64,000 bases of DNA from Hypanus sabinus. Lineage: Eukaryota. Positions 11,330 through 25,300 of the stretch are shown in pieces (position 1 is the first letter of the stretch; each line of letters starts with the position of its first letter). Position numbers and translations under genes: made by a program. The DNA is taken from NCBI RefSeq assembly GCF_030144855.1, contig NC_082731.1, forward strand, positions 9,734,001 through 9,798,000, in the 5' to 3' direction. The notes beneath the pieces are model-generated. The model saw nothing but the letters and a program-made list of their open reading frames with translations. It did not search any database and was not told the DNA's origin.

Positions 11330-11790
11330 TAGACTTCTGTTCATCTTCAGAGCAAAGCACACGAGTGTGTGGTGAAAACTGCCCAGCGGATTATCGGCAC
11401 CCAATTGCCCACCATTGAGAACATCTGCCACAAGCGCTGCCTGGGCAGGGCGAAAAACATTATCAAGGATGCGTCTCACTTTAACCATGGAAGTTTTACT
11501 CTCCTCCCAACCGGTAGGCGCTACAGGAGCCACCGCTCCCGCACCAGCAGGCACAGGAAGAACTACGTCCCTGAGGCTGTGACGCTGCTGAAACTCACAT
11601 CACAGCGCTAAGCAGTATTGCACCCATATTGTACTGTCTTTGTACTTTTATATTTGTGTGCTGTAGCACGTAATTTTTATTCGCAGTTATTTTGTAAATA
11701 AACCTATCGTTTATATTTCTGGTTAGATGCTAACTGAACTTCATTTGGCTTTGTATCTGTACTCGGCACAATGACAATAAAGTTGAATGT
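11330..11790 (+). mobile_element. Rex/Babar/L2-like LINE 3' end
   Basis: VKTAQRIIGTQLPTIENICHKRCLGRAKNIIKDASH...LLPTGRRYRS C-terminus, then a 3' UTR ending gacaataaagttgaat. Confidence 0.75.
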
Positions 11791-12829
11791 GATCTAACAA
11801 CACCTACTCCACAAAGAAAGAACAGAGTGATCGTAAAATTGGATGTTAGGATGTTGTATAGAGACAAAGCACAAGTGATTGATTTCTCTCGGGTTTTCAT
11901 ACATCTTTAAATAATTCTTGATTCGGATGAATGAGCAACCTATGTAGTTTACACGACTAATACAATTAAACAATTACCTTTGAATCATTCACCCACAGCA
12001 TTAATAGCTTCCTGGGCGAAAGTATTCCATGCGAACCTCAGTGCCAGTGGCTAAGGTGTATTTTAAGTTTATTCTTATCTTATTGCGGTATCTTCATCTG
12101 GAGGAAATGTGTCATATTTTCTTAGCCTTCAATACTGCGAAGAATTAAAATAGAAAACGTTGACACGCTGGAAATACGCAGCAGGTTAGGTTGTATCTGT
12201 GGGAAGCGAAATGCGGTGATCAATTGAGGTAGAAACCCCTTCTTTAGATCTCGAGAGGAGTTAAAGGAACTTGTAAAGCATAGTGAGTAATTAGCGTTCC
12301 TAATAGAATAAAAGCGTGATGACCACGATGACAAGAAATGACCAGGATTGTCTGATGTAAGAGTGAATGAGGTCCGTTCGAGAATTAGAACACAAGGAGA
12401 GGTACACAGAGATAGGAACGGGCCACAAGAAACTGCAGATGCGGGGATCTGGCACAGAAACAAACCACTGGAGGAATTCGCTGGGATATGCAAGATTGTG
12501 AGGGGAGAGTTTCCCATATCGAGGCAGTATTTCAGAACTGAATGTTAAGGAGGAAAGCAGCCTACGTGAAGAAGAGAGCGGGAAGTTGACCCAAAACGCT
12601 GGAGGTGAAAATCTTATCTAGCCGGGGTGATGGACATGGACAGCTTCAGATAAATGTGGGAAATGGAGAGAAGTTGTTTTAATTTGACAGGTGGTGGCAT
12701 ACAAAGGTAAAGTAACGAATCATACACATGTAGCCAGACGGGAAGGATTGGATGAATATGGAGACAGATGATGGAGGGTGACAAGCGGGGATAGAAGGAC
12801 CATACTTGCTGGAATCTGACAACTAAGCG

Positions 12830-14030
12830 ACACGCTTAAGCAGGAAATTAATGTAAGAGCTCTGCAGTACTCAGCAGGTTTACCATCACAGCATAGTTTT
12901 CTGGGAGTGTCCTCTAATTAATGCAATATAAGTGGAGAAAGAGGCAAGCTGGGGCAATACTACCAACCAAGTACTGATTTAGATAGAAAAGTCGTTACGT
13001 AAATGTATCGAACTCATTATTCTGGGGATTATAAAGCGTTGAGTTTGATGTCCGGTGTGGGAAAACTAATTACAGCTAATTCTTCGAGACAGAGTTTGCG
13101 AGCATTTGGCGAAGCCAAATCTGATTAAGGGTTATGATCATTCCTTCGTGAAGTTGAGGTAGTGCCTCACGAGAGTGATTAAAAATTTTAGACAAAGTGA
13201 AAACAAGAAACAACAAAGATTGAGCAGTTGATGCAGTAAATATACATTTTAGGAAGGCATTTGTCAAGGTTATCCATGTAGGTTAATTACGAAAGTCAGG
13301 AGACGGGCGATCCTGGGACATTTGCTGAATAAACCGGAATTAGCTCGCCCAGAGAAAAAGAACTGTGGTAGTAAGTGGAGTGTATTTCGACTGGAGGGCT
13401 GTGAGTAGTGACATTCTGCAAGGGACTGTTACGACATCCCCGTAGTTTGGAATTGTTACAGATGACTTAGGTGAAAAAGTGGGAGGGTGAATTAGCCAGC
13501 TGGCAGATGACATGAAGATTGGCGGTGTTGTAGATATTGCAGATGGTTGTCGTAAGTTACAATTGGATATTAATAGGATTCAGAGCTGGGCTGAGAAGTG
13601 GCAGATGGAATTCAATACAGAAAACTGTGAGGACGTTCTCCTCAGAAGGTCGAATTTCAAGACAGAAAACCGGTTTAATGGTAGGATTCTTTGTAGCTTG
13701 AAGGAACAGAGGGAACTTGGTGTCCACGTTGTTAAGTTCCTGCTATCTCTATAAATTGGTTAAGAAAGTATATGCTGTGTTGGTCTGTATTAGTCGGAGG
13801 ATTGAGCTCAAGTGCCGTAAGGTGATCTTGCAGCTCTATAAAACTCAGTGTTACCAGATTGTGTTGTGTTCATTTCTGATTGCCTCGCAAGAGTAATAAA
13901 GTGTTTGCTTTAGAGTGTCCAGTAAAGATTTACCACGATTTGGCGAGATTAGAGATCATATCGTCGTATGAAAGGCTTTTTGGACTTTTTTTTCCTTTAG
14001 AATGGGAGAAGAATGGTGACTTAATAGAAC
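12830..14030 (+). mobile_element. CR1 LINE RT region, decayed
   Basis: ADDMKIGGVVD...LQLDINRIQSWAEKWQMEFN motif, with frameshifts. Confidence 0.85.
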
Positions 14031-14039
14031 TATCACACA

Positions 14040-15600
14040 CGAAATGATGGAAGAACATATCAGGCAGCATATATGCAAAGCAGTAAAGAACCGATATTTC
14101 GGGCCGAAAACCTTCATCAAAATTGTAAAGGAAGGAAAAAGAGCCCAGAATAAGGTTAGTGGAGGGGAAGATTTACAAGTTAGAAGGTGATAGGTAAAGT
14201 TAGGTTGTGATGAAGGTAGGTAGCTGAAGGAGGGAATATGAAGTGAGAATCGGGGAAGTAATAGGCGGAAAGGGTAAAGGACTTAAGAAAAAAATGAATT
14301 GGATTGGAGAGGAGAGTGGATCATGGGAAAAAGGCAGGAAGAGGACGTCAGAAAAATACTAGGTTAGAGGAATCGATATATGGTTATGTTCATGCTGCCA
14401 ATTTGAAGGCTACCCCGATGAAATATGAGGTGTTTCTCCTCCAAACTAAGAGTGCCGTCATTTTGACCGTAAAAGAGGACATGAACGAACGTCGGAATGG
14501 GAATAGGGATCAGAACTAACATTTTCTGGTTGTTTTTTGTGGATTGGGGGTAGGTGCTCGTCAAAGTGATCCCCCAATTTATGTTGTAAAGGCGGCTACA
14601 GCGGGAGCACGGTATACAATGAATGACTCGAACAGTCTCACAGGTGAACTGCTGCCTCATCTAGAGGAATGTTTAGGGCCCTGAATGGTCGTGTAGAGGG
14701 AAGCTTCGGGCCGAAACCCTTTAGTGGTCAGGAGAAAAGAGATGACGAGTAGATTTAAAAGGTGGGGGAGGGGAGAGTGAAACGCAGGCTGATAACTGAA
14801 ACCGGGAGGGAGGCAGAGGAAATGCCAGAATGAAGAGCAGTGGGGAGTGACGAGTGGACAAAGGAATTACGGACATCTGTATAGAGTGTAAAAAAAATGT
14901 TAAGAGACATTGACGAAGTGCAAAGCCAAACGCCCTTTTCCAGGTAGCATTGGTTAACAGGAGAAGATATATTTTTAAGATGACTGGAGGAAGGAACATG
15001 GAGAATATAAGAGGAACTCAGCAAGCTAGGCAGCATCCATGGACAAAAGTACAGTTGATGTTTAGGGCCGAGACCATTTGGAGGACTGGAGAAAAAACAA
15101 TATGAGTAGATTTAAAAGGTGTGGGGCGGGAGAGGGGGGGGCAGACACACAAGCTGGGGGGTGAAACAGGGAGGTGAAGAGCTGGGCAGTTGATTGGTGA
15201 AAGAGATTCAGGGCTGGAAAAGAACAGCGAGCGGAAATATCGATTTCATCAAATCTTGGTAATGCCATCCTCCTTTCCCATTTTGCACCCCCTTTTCCCT
15301 CTCTCACCTTATCTCTTTGCCTGCATGGCCTTCTTCTGATGCTCCTGCACCCTCTTCTTACTTCTATGGCCTTCTGCCCTCTCCTATTTTCTCCAGTGAA
15401 CTTCCCAGCTCTTTATCTGATCAGTCCTTCCCGGTTTCGCCTATCACCTTGTGCCTCTCCCTCTCCTCCCCCACCTTTTAAATCTACTCTTCATCTCTTT
15501 TCTTCAGACCTCATGAAGGGTCTCTGCCCGCAAAGTTGACTGTGCTTTTCTTTCCCATAGATGAGGGCTGGCCTGTTGTGTTGCTTTGGTTTCCAGCAGC
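14040..15600. mobile_element. Cluster of Penelope-like 3' end fragments, including an inverted pair
   Basis: Several degenerate gaagggtctc..ccgaaa motifs; minus-strand copies at ~14100, 14705 and 15065 and a plus copy at ~15510. Confidence 0.65.
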
Positions 15601-16829
15601 TGCGGATTCTCTCTTGTTTCTGATTGGAGAATCTCAGACAGAGGTTTCTTACCAAGAGAATGGGCAGTCTGCGCAACACGCTGCCGTAGTGTGGTGGCAG
15701 ATGCAGGTACATTCCGGACATTTAAGAAACTTTAAGATAGACGGACGTAAGAAAAGTGCACCGCTATGCTGGAGGGCAGCGGTCTATTGATTTTAGAGTA
15801 GGTTTAAAAGTCGATAGAGCAATGTGAGCCAAACGACCTGCATTGTGCAGTACTTTTCTATGCTCTATTTTCTATATTCAGAAGAAGGGTGGCGAACCTC
15901 TCCTCAAGGTACAGACACATTTTAATCCTCTCAGTATATTGCTCCCCGTCATCTCTGTAGGAGCAAAGTTGTGCGTAGGTCACAGCGGCTTTGTCCGACA
16001 TTGCAAAATTGACCCCAGAATAAGCATTGCTGTTTCCCTGTGAAGTTCTTTGAAAGGAGAGGAGATTATCAATACCGCTATGCTTTAATCCAGCTTGAAG
16101 CCGGATCATGGCTGTCACTTAGCAAAAAGGATGTTCTTGATCCACTTTGGAAAAGTCGGACACTATGGCCAGCTCTTTGAACGGGCGTTTCTAATACACA
16201 CATTTACCTGGCGGCTGAAACCATCCTCACATGGAACAACATATCCTTCAATATCTCTTACCGTAACTTGATGAAAGGTATTATCATGAGATCTCAGATG
16301 AAACCGGGGTACTTTAGGAACGTCTTTTTGAGGAAAAGATGGTACAGCCTTTGACTCGCCACCTCCATCAACCGGCTTTCCTGAACTACGAACTACGTTA
16401 TTACCTACTACAATATTGCTGCTTCATGCATTGACAAAGAGCTCATAAAGTTTATAGCTTTCCGAATCATTTTGCTCTCGTCTTCTCGAGGACTAATTAT
16501 GATCTTTCCCTTTGGTTTCGGAATCACTTCGCCTCTATTTGAAGACGTAAGTAAATCGGATCCTTAGCTTCAAATTTACCCGCGCCCTTGTCAATAAATC
16601 ATGCTTCACTATTTCCGGTGACCCCAACAACATTCCAGACTGATACGTATACTTCCTTTGCACCAAGTCCTTTGCGCCTCCATACACCACAATTGCTTCC
16701 CAGATACCACTCTGACATTTCCTCATGCCACTACAGAACGTAAGTCCTTTCATCCCGTTATCAAGGGACCCACATAATGCAGATAAAGCAGAGTTTCAGT
16801 CTATTTCAAACTTCTTCTAATATTATGTA

Positions 16830-17900
16830 ATATATTTGTCGTTCACGACGAGGCCTCCTCCACAATGGATCCTCCACTTGAAGTTGGATGATCACTTTGC
16901 AGAATATCTGCGTTTCATTCTCAAAAGTGATGTGCGACGTCCATTTACCTCTCTATTTAATGCTACATCCAGGTCACACTCTTGGAATGTGTGTGCATGG
17001 ACCTTCGTAAAACCTTTGATAAAGATCTCCAAAGCAAACTGGAAAACTAGATATATCATTGGCTTGGAGATCGGAGGTAGATCGTAGTGATTTTCTGATT
17101 GTAAATCTCCGGAGTGGTGCATCACAATGGTCACCTCTGAAACCATTGTTGACTATGCCATTTATTAATGACTTGAATTTGACGTAGAATATCTTATTAG
17201 TAAGTTTGCCCAAAATGTTTATTAACGGATACTAGTAGGATATCAGTAGCAGAGCTGACCAGAACGTTGGCAGAAGCAAGTTAGTCCTGTGACAGATCAG
17301 GGGATGAATTTTGGAACGTGAAATACACTGACATTAGAGAACATGCAGGCCAGGATAAGACACTACGAACTTTTGATGAGCAGAGACACACTGGTGTATA
17401 AGTCAATTGTTCCCCGTAGGCGGAATTACAAGAGGATGTGGCAGTAACGAAGGGATGTGGCAATTTTCTTCACTGGACTAGTAAAGATTAACGAAATTTG
17501 GACGACGTGGTTCCAATTCACAAAAGATTCACCTGGCCGGGATTGGAGTATTCTGAGCAGTACTGGTCACCATTATATTATAATCACTTGATCGCTCTGA
17601 ACAGAATGTAAAAGACATTTGTCGATTTCTCTATTCCCTTGACTGGAGTTTGTCAGAAGAAATTTTATAGGTTTGGCTTGTTCTTCCTGGAGCGAAGGAG
17701 GCTGGCTTCAAAGATATATAATCAAATGAAATATGATAAGTATGTTTGGGGTAGTTAGTTGGAATGTTTGTCATGTTTTGTTGCATGGAAGAAGAGGAAG
17801 GACATTTAACGTGGAAACGAAGACAATTCCAGAGGAAGTGGTGGAGAACATTAAGCAACGTACAGTAAACATCTGGCAAATCACTTGAATAGACAAGATG
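16830..17900 (+). mobile_element. CR1 LINE RT and 3' end, decayed
   Basis: Residual DF.KAFDK, LFIND and KFA motifs and a CR1-type 3' UTR. Confidence 0.7.
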
Positions 17901-17979
17901 TCGCATGTTGTGCAACTAATGTGACAAATGTCGGATATGTATAGGTGGTTCTTTTAGAACAAAGTGGACGAAAGGGCCC

Positions 17980-20720
17980 GTTTCTGTCATTAGAACTCAA
18001 CCTTTTATTTCATATCTTTCCTTCCTTCATTTTCTGTTCGTATTGTCTGGACGTAAACACAATATTATTCAACAGTGTCAGGCAAAGTACACTTATTCCA
18101 CCCTTTCTACTCTATCATCTTCTCTGGTGCCTGGACTGTTAAATTATCCAGCTTGATGTGACTCGCCACTTTATTTCTTTTTGCATCAGAACTGATAACT
18201 TCTATCAGTAATCCATCTGTGATTTCGTTCAAATTTTCTCTCTTCGCTTTCTTGACTAATGGAACAACTTCAGCAACCCTCCAATCCTCCGGAGCATCTC
18301 CCGTCCCAACTGATGGTGAAAAGATCATCGTCAGAGTCTCAGTAAACTCTAGATCTCCTCTCACAGCAGCTCGGGGTACATATCGCCCGGTCCCGGTGAC
18401 TTATCCAACTTGATGCTTTCCAAAAGCTCCAGTTGTCTTAATATCTACATGATCAAGCTTTTCAGTCCACAATAGGTCATCTCTACAGTTGCCAAGATCC
18501 GTTTCCATAGTGAATGCTGAAACAAAGTACTCATTAAGTACCTCTGTTACCTCCTTCGGTACCATACACACTTTTTCACTGTTAGAATCGATTGGTCCTA
18601 TTCTCCCATGTCTAATCGTATTACTCTTCACCTATTTGTAGAATGCCTTGGGGTTTCCTTAATCCTGTCCGCTAAAGCCTTCACATGGCTCCTTCTGGCT
18701 CTCCTAATTTCTATTTTAAACTCCTTCCTGCTAGTCTTATAATCTCCTCGATCTCTATCATTACCTAGCTTTGTGAAATTTTCGCAATCTCTTCTTTTCT
18801 TCTTGACTAGATTTACAACAGCCTTTGTACACCACGGCTCCTGTACCCTATCATCCTTTCTCTGTCTCACTGGAATGTACCTATCCAGAACTCAACGTAT
18901 TTATACCCTGAATATTTCTTCCGTATATTTCCCTGAGAATATCTGTTCCCAAGCTACGCTTCCAAGTTCCTTCATAATAACCTCATATTTCCCCTTACTC
19001 CAATTATACGTTTCCCTAACTTGTCTGTTCTGATCCCTCTCCAATGCTATGGTAAAGGAGATAGAATTGTGATCACTATCTCCAAAATGCTCTCCCACTG
19101 AGAGCTCCGACACCTGATCAGATTCATTGCCCAATACCAGATCAAGTACAGCCTCTCCTCTTGTAGGGTTATCTACTTATTGTGTCAAGAAACCTTCCTG
19201 AACACATCTAGCAAACTCCACCCTATCGAAACCCCTCGCTCTAGGGACATGACAATCGATATTTGGGAAATTAAATTCTCCTACAACGACAACCCTGTTA
19301 TTATTACCCTTTCCAGAATCTGTCTCACTATCTGCTCCTTGATACCCCTGTTACTATTGGGTGCTCCATAAAAACACCCAGTAGAGATATTGACCCTTCC
19401 AGTTCCTAACTTCATCCCACAGAGACTCCATAAACAATTAGTCAATGTCTTCCTCCTTTTCTGCAGCCGTGACACTATCTCTGATCAACAGTGTCACGCC
19501 TCCACCTCTTTTGCCTCCCTCCCTGTGTTTTTCCTGAAACATCTAAAGCCTGGTACTCGAAGTAACCATTTCTGCCGCTGAGCCATTCAAGCCTCTGCAA
19601 TAGCCACATCACAGCTCCAAGTACTGATCCACGCTCTAAGCTCATCCGCTTTGTCTATAATTCTCCTTGCATTAAAATAGACACATCTCAAATTATCAGT
19701 CTCAGCGCGTCCCTTCTCTATCACCTACCTATACTCCCTCTTGCAATCTCCAATCTCTCTCTGTGAGTGAACCGTCTGTTCCTCCGTCTCTTCAGTTTTG
19801 TTCCCACCCTCTAATAATCCTCTTCCCAATAGCCTTCGCCAGAATATCGGTCCCCCTGTGATTCAAGAGCAGCCCGTCCTTTTTGTACAGGTCACTCCTG
19901 GCCCAAAATAGGTCCCAGTGATCGAGAAATCTGAATCCCTGCTCCCTGCTCCAATCCCTCAGCCACGCATTTATCCTCCACCTCACTCGAATCCTATACT
20001 CAATGTCACGTGTCACAGGCAGTAATTCCGAAATTACTAGCTTCTCAACTTCCTACCTAACTCCCTGTAGTCTGCTTTCAGGACGTGCTAACTTTTCCTG
20101 CCTATGTCGTTGGTACCAATATGTACTACGAGGCTGTTCTCCTCCCCACTTCATGCTATCTTGGACGCGATCAGAAACATCCCGGATCCTGGCACCTGGG
20201 AGGCAAACTGCCATCCGTGCTTCTTTCCCGCGTCCTGAGAATCGCCAGTCTAACCCCCTAACTATAGAATCCTCTATCACTGCTGCTGTGTTCTTCCTTT
20301 CCCTAACCTTCTGAGTCACAGGGCGAGAGGCTGTGCCAGAGATGCAGCCTTTGCTCCTTTCCCCAACTCTGCCATGCTCCCAGCCCTACTCAAACAGGAA
20401 CACTTATTGTCAAGCGGTACAGTCTCAGGGGAGCTCTAAATCATCTGACTCCTGCCCTTCCCTCTCCTGACTGTTTCCCTCTTTTCTGTCTCCCGAGGCC
20501 CCAGTGTGACTATCTGCCTCTATCTCCTCTCTATCACCTCCTCATTTTCCTTGATCAGATGAAGGTCATCGATCTGCATCTCCAGATCCCTCACGCGGTC
20601 CATTAGGAGCTGCAGCTCGACTCACCTAGCGTAGAGGTGGCCATTCGGGATGCTGGGCGTCTTCCGGATTTCCCACATCTGACAGTGAGCACAGAACACC
20701 GGCCTCACACACATTCTTCC
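17980..20720 (-). mobile_element. CR1 LINE 5' half (ORF1 plus APE endonuclease and RT start)
   Basis: Minus-strand ORFs: SGNH-like ORF1 (AVIEDSIVRGLDWRFSGR...MAVCLPGARIRDVS; RINAWLRDWSREQGFRFLDHWD) and ORF2 pieces (HFGDSDHNSISF; FYGAPNSNRGIKEQI; GDAPEDWRVAEVVPL). Confidence 0.9.
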
Positions 20721-21977
20721 TGTCTGTATTCTACACAGGTAACGTACTCGTCTCGACCCTGCCAATCTAATCACTCGGTGCAACTATACCGATAAAGATG
20801 CAATATTTTATGTATTCTGTAAAACGGTCTTAAATATACCTCCCCATCACCATCTTTACTTCATTGCTCTTTCTTCTGAAACTATATCTCTTAGCTGCAG
20901 ATCATTCTGCACATGTTGGAAATCCAGTGCAAAGCACAATAAATCCTCGCCGAACTCAGCAGTCCAGGCAGAATTTACGGACAGGAATGAAGAGTCGCCG
21001 GTTTGGACGGCAACTACTAATTCCTCCCCACAGATACTGCCCAGTCTGCTGAGTTCCGCCATCATGTCGTTTCTATTTCTCTTAATTCTATGTCACTCAT
21101 ACGTGGAAACTTTCAAAGTATTTATGATTGCTATTCACAATGCGATTTTATTTTGTTTCAAAGCATCAACGCACGTGATTCTTAATTCTTTTATGTATAC
21201 TTGCATTTCTTTTCCAACTCCCGTTCCTGAGACAAGCTATTCATATAAACGAATAAACTACAAACCTTTACTGTAGTAGGTTCAAAACAAATGTCTGACA
21301 TTTAGTATGCAGACCAGAATATCGGTAGAATTCCAAGAGTGCCCTTAGCCTGACGTTGTACTTTTCGACTCCCATTTATTGTGCAATAAAGCTGGACGAG
21401 CCATAAAACACCCTGATGATCTGCAACCTTGATCGGCAGCATTCTCACTTTTACCTCCAGGGACTATGACCAACAACACAACAGTTCAGACCAGGGCAGA
21501 GAAGAACTTATTCTTGGTGTTTAACATGAATGGTGTTTCTTGTTCGCCGAAATAATATGTAAAATTACGCACGGTGTATTTTAGAATATCCGCTCGCTGC
21601 AACGGGATAAGAAAGTAAGTAAGGTCAGACTTCGTCCGAAAGTACACCACGCGACATGAGGTAACAGATCAAGTAGAAAACTGCAAAATGCATCAACTCC
21701 TTCATAGCTGACATATGAGGAATCAGATGTTGGTTGGAAATAAGCCAGTCGACCAATCATTTCCCTGTATAATTACGACTTATAAGTACATTTAATGGAG
21801 CATATAGAAATATAGGCTGGCGATGCAGCCTGGAGCTGATAATGAATCTAACAAGTTACAAGGAAAATATAAGAACATTTTATTTTGTTACTATGCTCTT
21901 TCGACCATTTGGTTGCTTTGTCTGTTTGCCTCTCTCAGCTGCTCACTGGAGTCTCTGTTCGTGTTCTGTCATTACAG

Positions 21978-21986
21978 GTGAAATAG
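21978..21986 (+). CDS. Canonical Ig M2 exon (Val-Lys-stop, giving a KVK tail)
   Basis: gtctctgttcgtgttctgtcattacag|GTG AAA TAG; phase 0 matches the M1 donor; AATAAA at 22373. Linkage to M1 crosses an N gap. Confidence 0.6.
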   Translation: MK

Positions 21987-22372
21987 AGAATATTGAAGCA
22001 GACTCAACTCCAGCTGTTGTTTTAATGGACCCGAAGTTAAATGATGACGAATGGTGACCATCCTGATGGAGCATCTCAGCATGGAGCCTCGAAATTTATC
22101 TGCTCCATAGATGTTGCCTGACCTGCTGAGTTCCTCCAACTTTTGGGGTGTTGTTCTGGATTTCCACAATCTGCAGAATCTCTTGTGTAGATGATAACAA
22201 TAGACCACTACTCTCTGTATAATTTGTGTTAATTGCGATATCGTGCTTGTAAAATTGCAACTTTGTTTCCCTTTCTTCTATCAGTTTGATTCTGATTTCT
22301 GCTTTGTGAAACATTTATTTTGGTTAGAATTTCACAGAAAGTTTGCCAAGCATATTCCTCTGTATATTTTAA

Positions 22373-22378
22373 AATAAA
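22373..22378 (+). terminator. Candidate poly(A) signal of the membrane-form mRNA
   Basis: AATAAA ~390 nt after the VK* stop, followed by ctgtgatt. Confidence 0.4.
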
Positions 22379-25300
22379 CTGTGATTAAATCATAGTCAAA
22401 CAGTGAGAGATTGGAGTCTACCAAAAATGTGAAAAAAATCAATACGCCTTGTAATCTACCATTCTAATTTTGAACTTGAACGAAACAATTAAGTTAGTAT
22501 GACATCTTGAGGGGCGCCCTCTCCTAATATCCATATGCACCTACAGAGCAATAAGTTGTGTAGAAATGAGTTCTCGTATCTTCCTCCGTTGACCAAGCTC
22601 AAAAATAAGGTTTGATACTCAAGACTCGGGACTAAGAAAGTGCAATTGAATTAACTAAATTATAATTCTCTGTGTCCTGTATCTTAATCAGTTGCCTTGC
22701 CTTAAAAAGTCGGGGTGGAGAGAGTATGATCATTATCAGCAAGCCTTGTGGAACTATTATGAAGAAATTCCGCGAATAACCAATCATAACCATTTGCATT
22801 TGGAGGAGTGATATTATACCATTTACGTGTTTCTCTCAAAGTAGAATTTTATAAAGGATATATATTGATCACGATTATGTTTCTGCTTAGTGATTCTCTA
22901 TCACGAGAGTAGGTATCCGGGAGACTGTGCCTCTCCAGTTCTTATCAGTGAGCATGGAAATTGAAAGAATCCTACCAAGCTGCTGGGCTGAAAAAAGGGC
23001 TTCCAACTTCCTTGTTGAAATGTCATCACAGATGGGAATCACCGAGTTTTGCTACTTCACTGAGGACAGAATGTTGCTTACCGGAACTTGGAAGGTGCAT
23101 ATCTTCTCATATTTGAAAAACAATGAAGCTGTAAATGCATGCATTACTCGTTTCATGACCTACATTGGTAGCCAGCTTTGATTTGCAAATTTAACGGAAG
23201 TGTGACAACATTGAGATTGTTCAATTGCCCGTGAAAGGAGACATTGCGTGGGCGCTTGGTGTGTAACAATAAGGTCACCAGATGGAGAACGCATGCTCTC
23301 GCCACAGTAACGGGACTGAAATCCCAATTCCTTTATGTCAGGATCTAAGCCTTACTTCCTTGGAGAAAGCTGGAAAACGCCAAAATCTGATATTTCTGGC
23401 GATCAATTCAGAACAGGTTGAATCACTCAAAATCCTAACATCACAGGGAAATTACATAATATCCTGAAAAGATTTTATGCTTTTCGCTGTGTTGGCCAAT
23501 ACTATGTGCTTCTTATTTGTGAGACATATCAACATATTATATGACTTACTTGTCAGAATAACAACAAAGAGCATGCAATACAAGGTAAAATGCGCATTGA
23601 TTGCTTTATTGCCACTGGGATCTCTGGTTTAAATTTCACATGCCTACGTTCTTTTTTAAATATTCTATTTTTCTTACCATGATCTACTGACTATTGATAA
23701 AACTGAACCACAAAACCAATTAAACCTACGTGTTGAGTAAAGTAAATAAGGAAGATTTAACTCAGGCAAGCAATGTACTTTGAGGCTGAGGATCAAAATT
23801 TGCCGTGTTGCAAATCAAAAGGAAATGATTAAACTGGTGTAATTAATTTTTATTATAACTAGTACAAAGATATTTCAATTATTCTACGTTAGCATTAACA
23901 TTAATAATTTTAATTAATTTGTTCACTTAACTTTCCAAACAATTGTTTTAAATCATTTCAAGAACAACTAAGTCAAATTTAAGCACACTTAAAGTGTACG
24001 AGTAGCAGTTGGGAAATAAATAATGCAAATATACATTGCTGAAAGCGATGTGCTTCGTAATATCCTCGTACTATTTGATATCTGAAGACTTTCGTCAAAA
24101 TAGTTTTCTTTCATTGAAACGATTATCAAATAGTATCGTATAATTCAAGTTACACAATTTTTATATGAGCGAATAAACTGACGTTTAAAATGTTCCTGCT
24201 GCGATTCACAGGTTTTCTCAAACCAAGATGCACTAGAATTTAGCTCACGAAATCTTGATGGCTTTGTACGGGGTAGATCGCGCCTCCTGAGCATTACTCG
24301 GTGTTCAGAGAATGTGACTAAACAAATTGATGAAGATAGGTAGCGTGGCGCACCTGTTTTTAGATTCGTGTTTGAAAAGGTTACCCATGACAGGCTTTTC
24401 CGCACAGACGTGAGGGGTGAGATCCATTGACTCAAATCGGCTTTCCCATAGAAGATAGGATTGTTGTGACTGCCTATATTTTTGTGATTTTTATCATTAA
24501 TCAGGATGAGGAAGAGGAAGGGTGAGTTAGTAAATTTGCAAATTATTCTGATAAGGAACTGGAAAGCTTGGGTAGTAAGTTTGCAGAAGGCAGGAACACT
24601 GGTGGTTTGAATGCGGTAAAACGTTGCCCTAAGCTGCAAAGAGCTGGATGGGGAAATGGCCGCTTAACACTGCGTCGTGCTTAAAACCAATTAATAGCGT
24701 CTGTTGTGTGTGTTTGAGTCCATAAATATCACTGATATTTGGCGAAAAATAAGCAGAAAATGAATTCTGAACTTTTTTGCTCAATGAGGTTTCAAGCATA
24801 CAAGCGGGGAAATGTCAAAAACGACCAGGAGTGAAAATAAAACCACTTGACAACTTCAACAGAGATGAGAAAATGTGAAAATAACCCATCAGTTCTGCCA
24901 ACCGATGTGCACACTTTTTCTCTTCCAGGTGAATGCACGTTGCCATATGAACATCCAAGTAGGGTCCCGTTTCTCTGCGATCATCCTTACCAGATGGTTG
25001 TAAATTCATTCACGACTTAGCTCCATAAAAATATGTTTTTGAATTATTGGGATCAGTCTCGATTAACCTGTGTGAATGAAAAGGGTTCCCAGCAAGTTGC
25101 TGGTTACAGAATTGGAACAGCATAATGCGATACATTTTATTAACACGGAGTATCACATGGGTAAAGGTAACAAGGAAAATTCACATGCTGGAACTGAGGG
25201 TGAGTTTAATGGGGGGGGGGGGGTGATTCTGGAATACAAGAATTTATTTCCTTCAATGAGTGAAAGACGCGGCAATGACATCTAATTAGATGTCGTCGCT

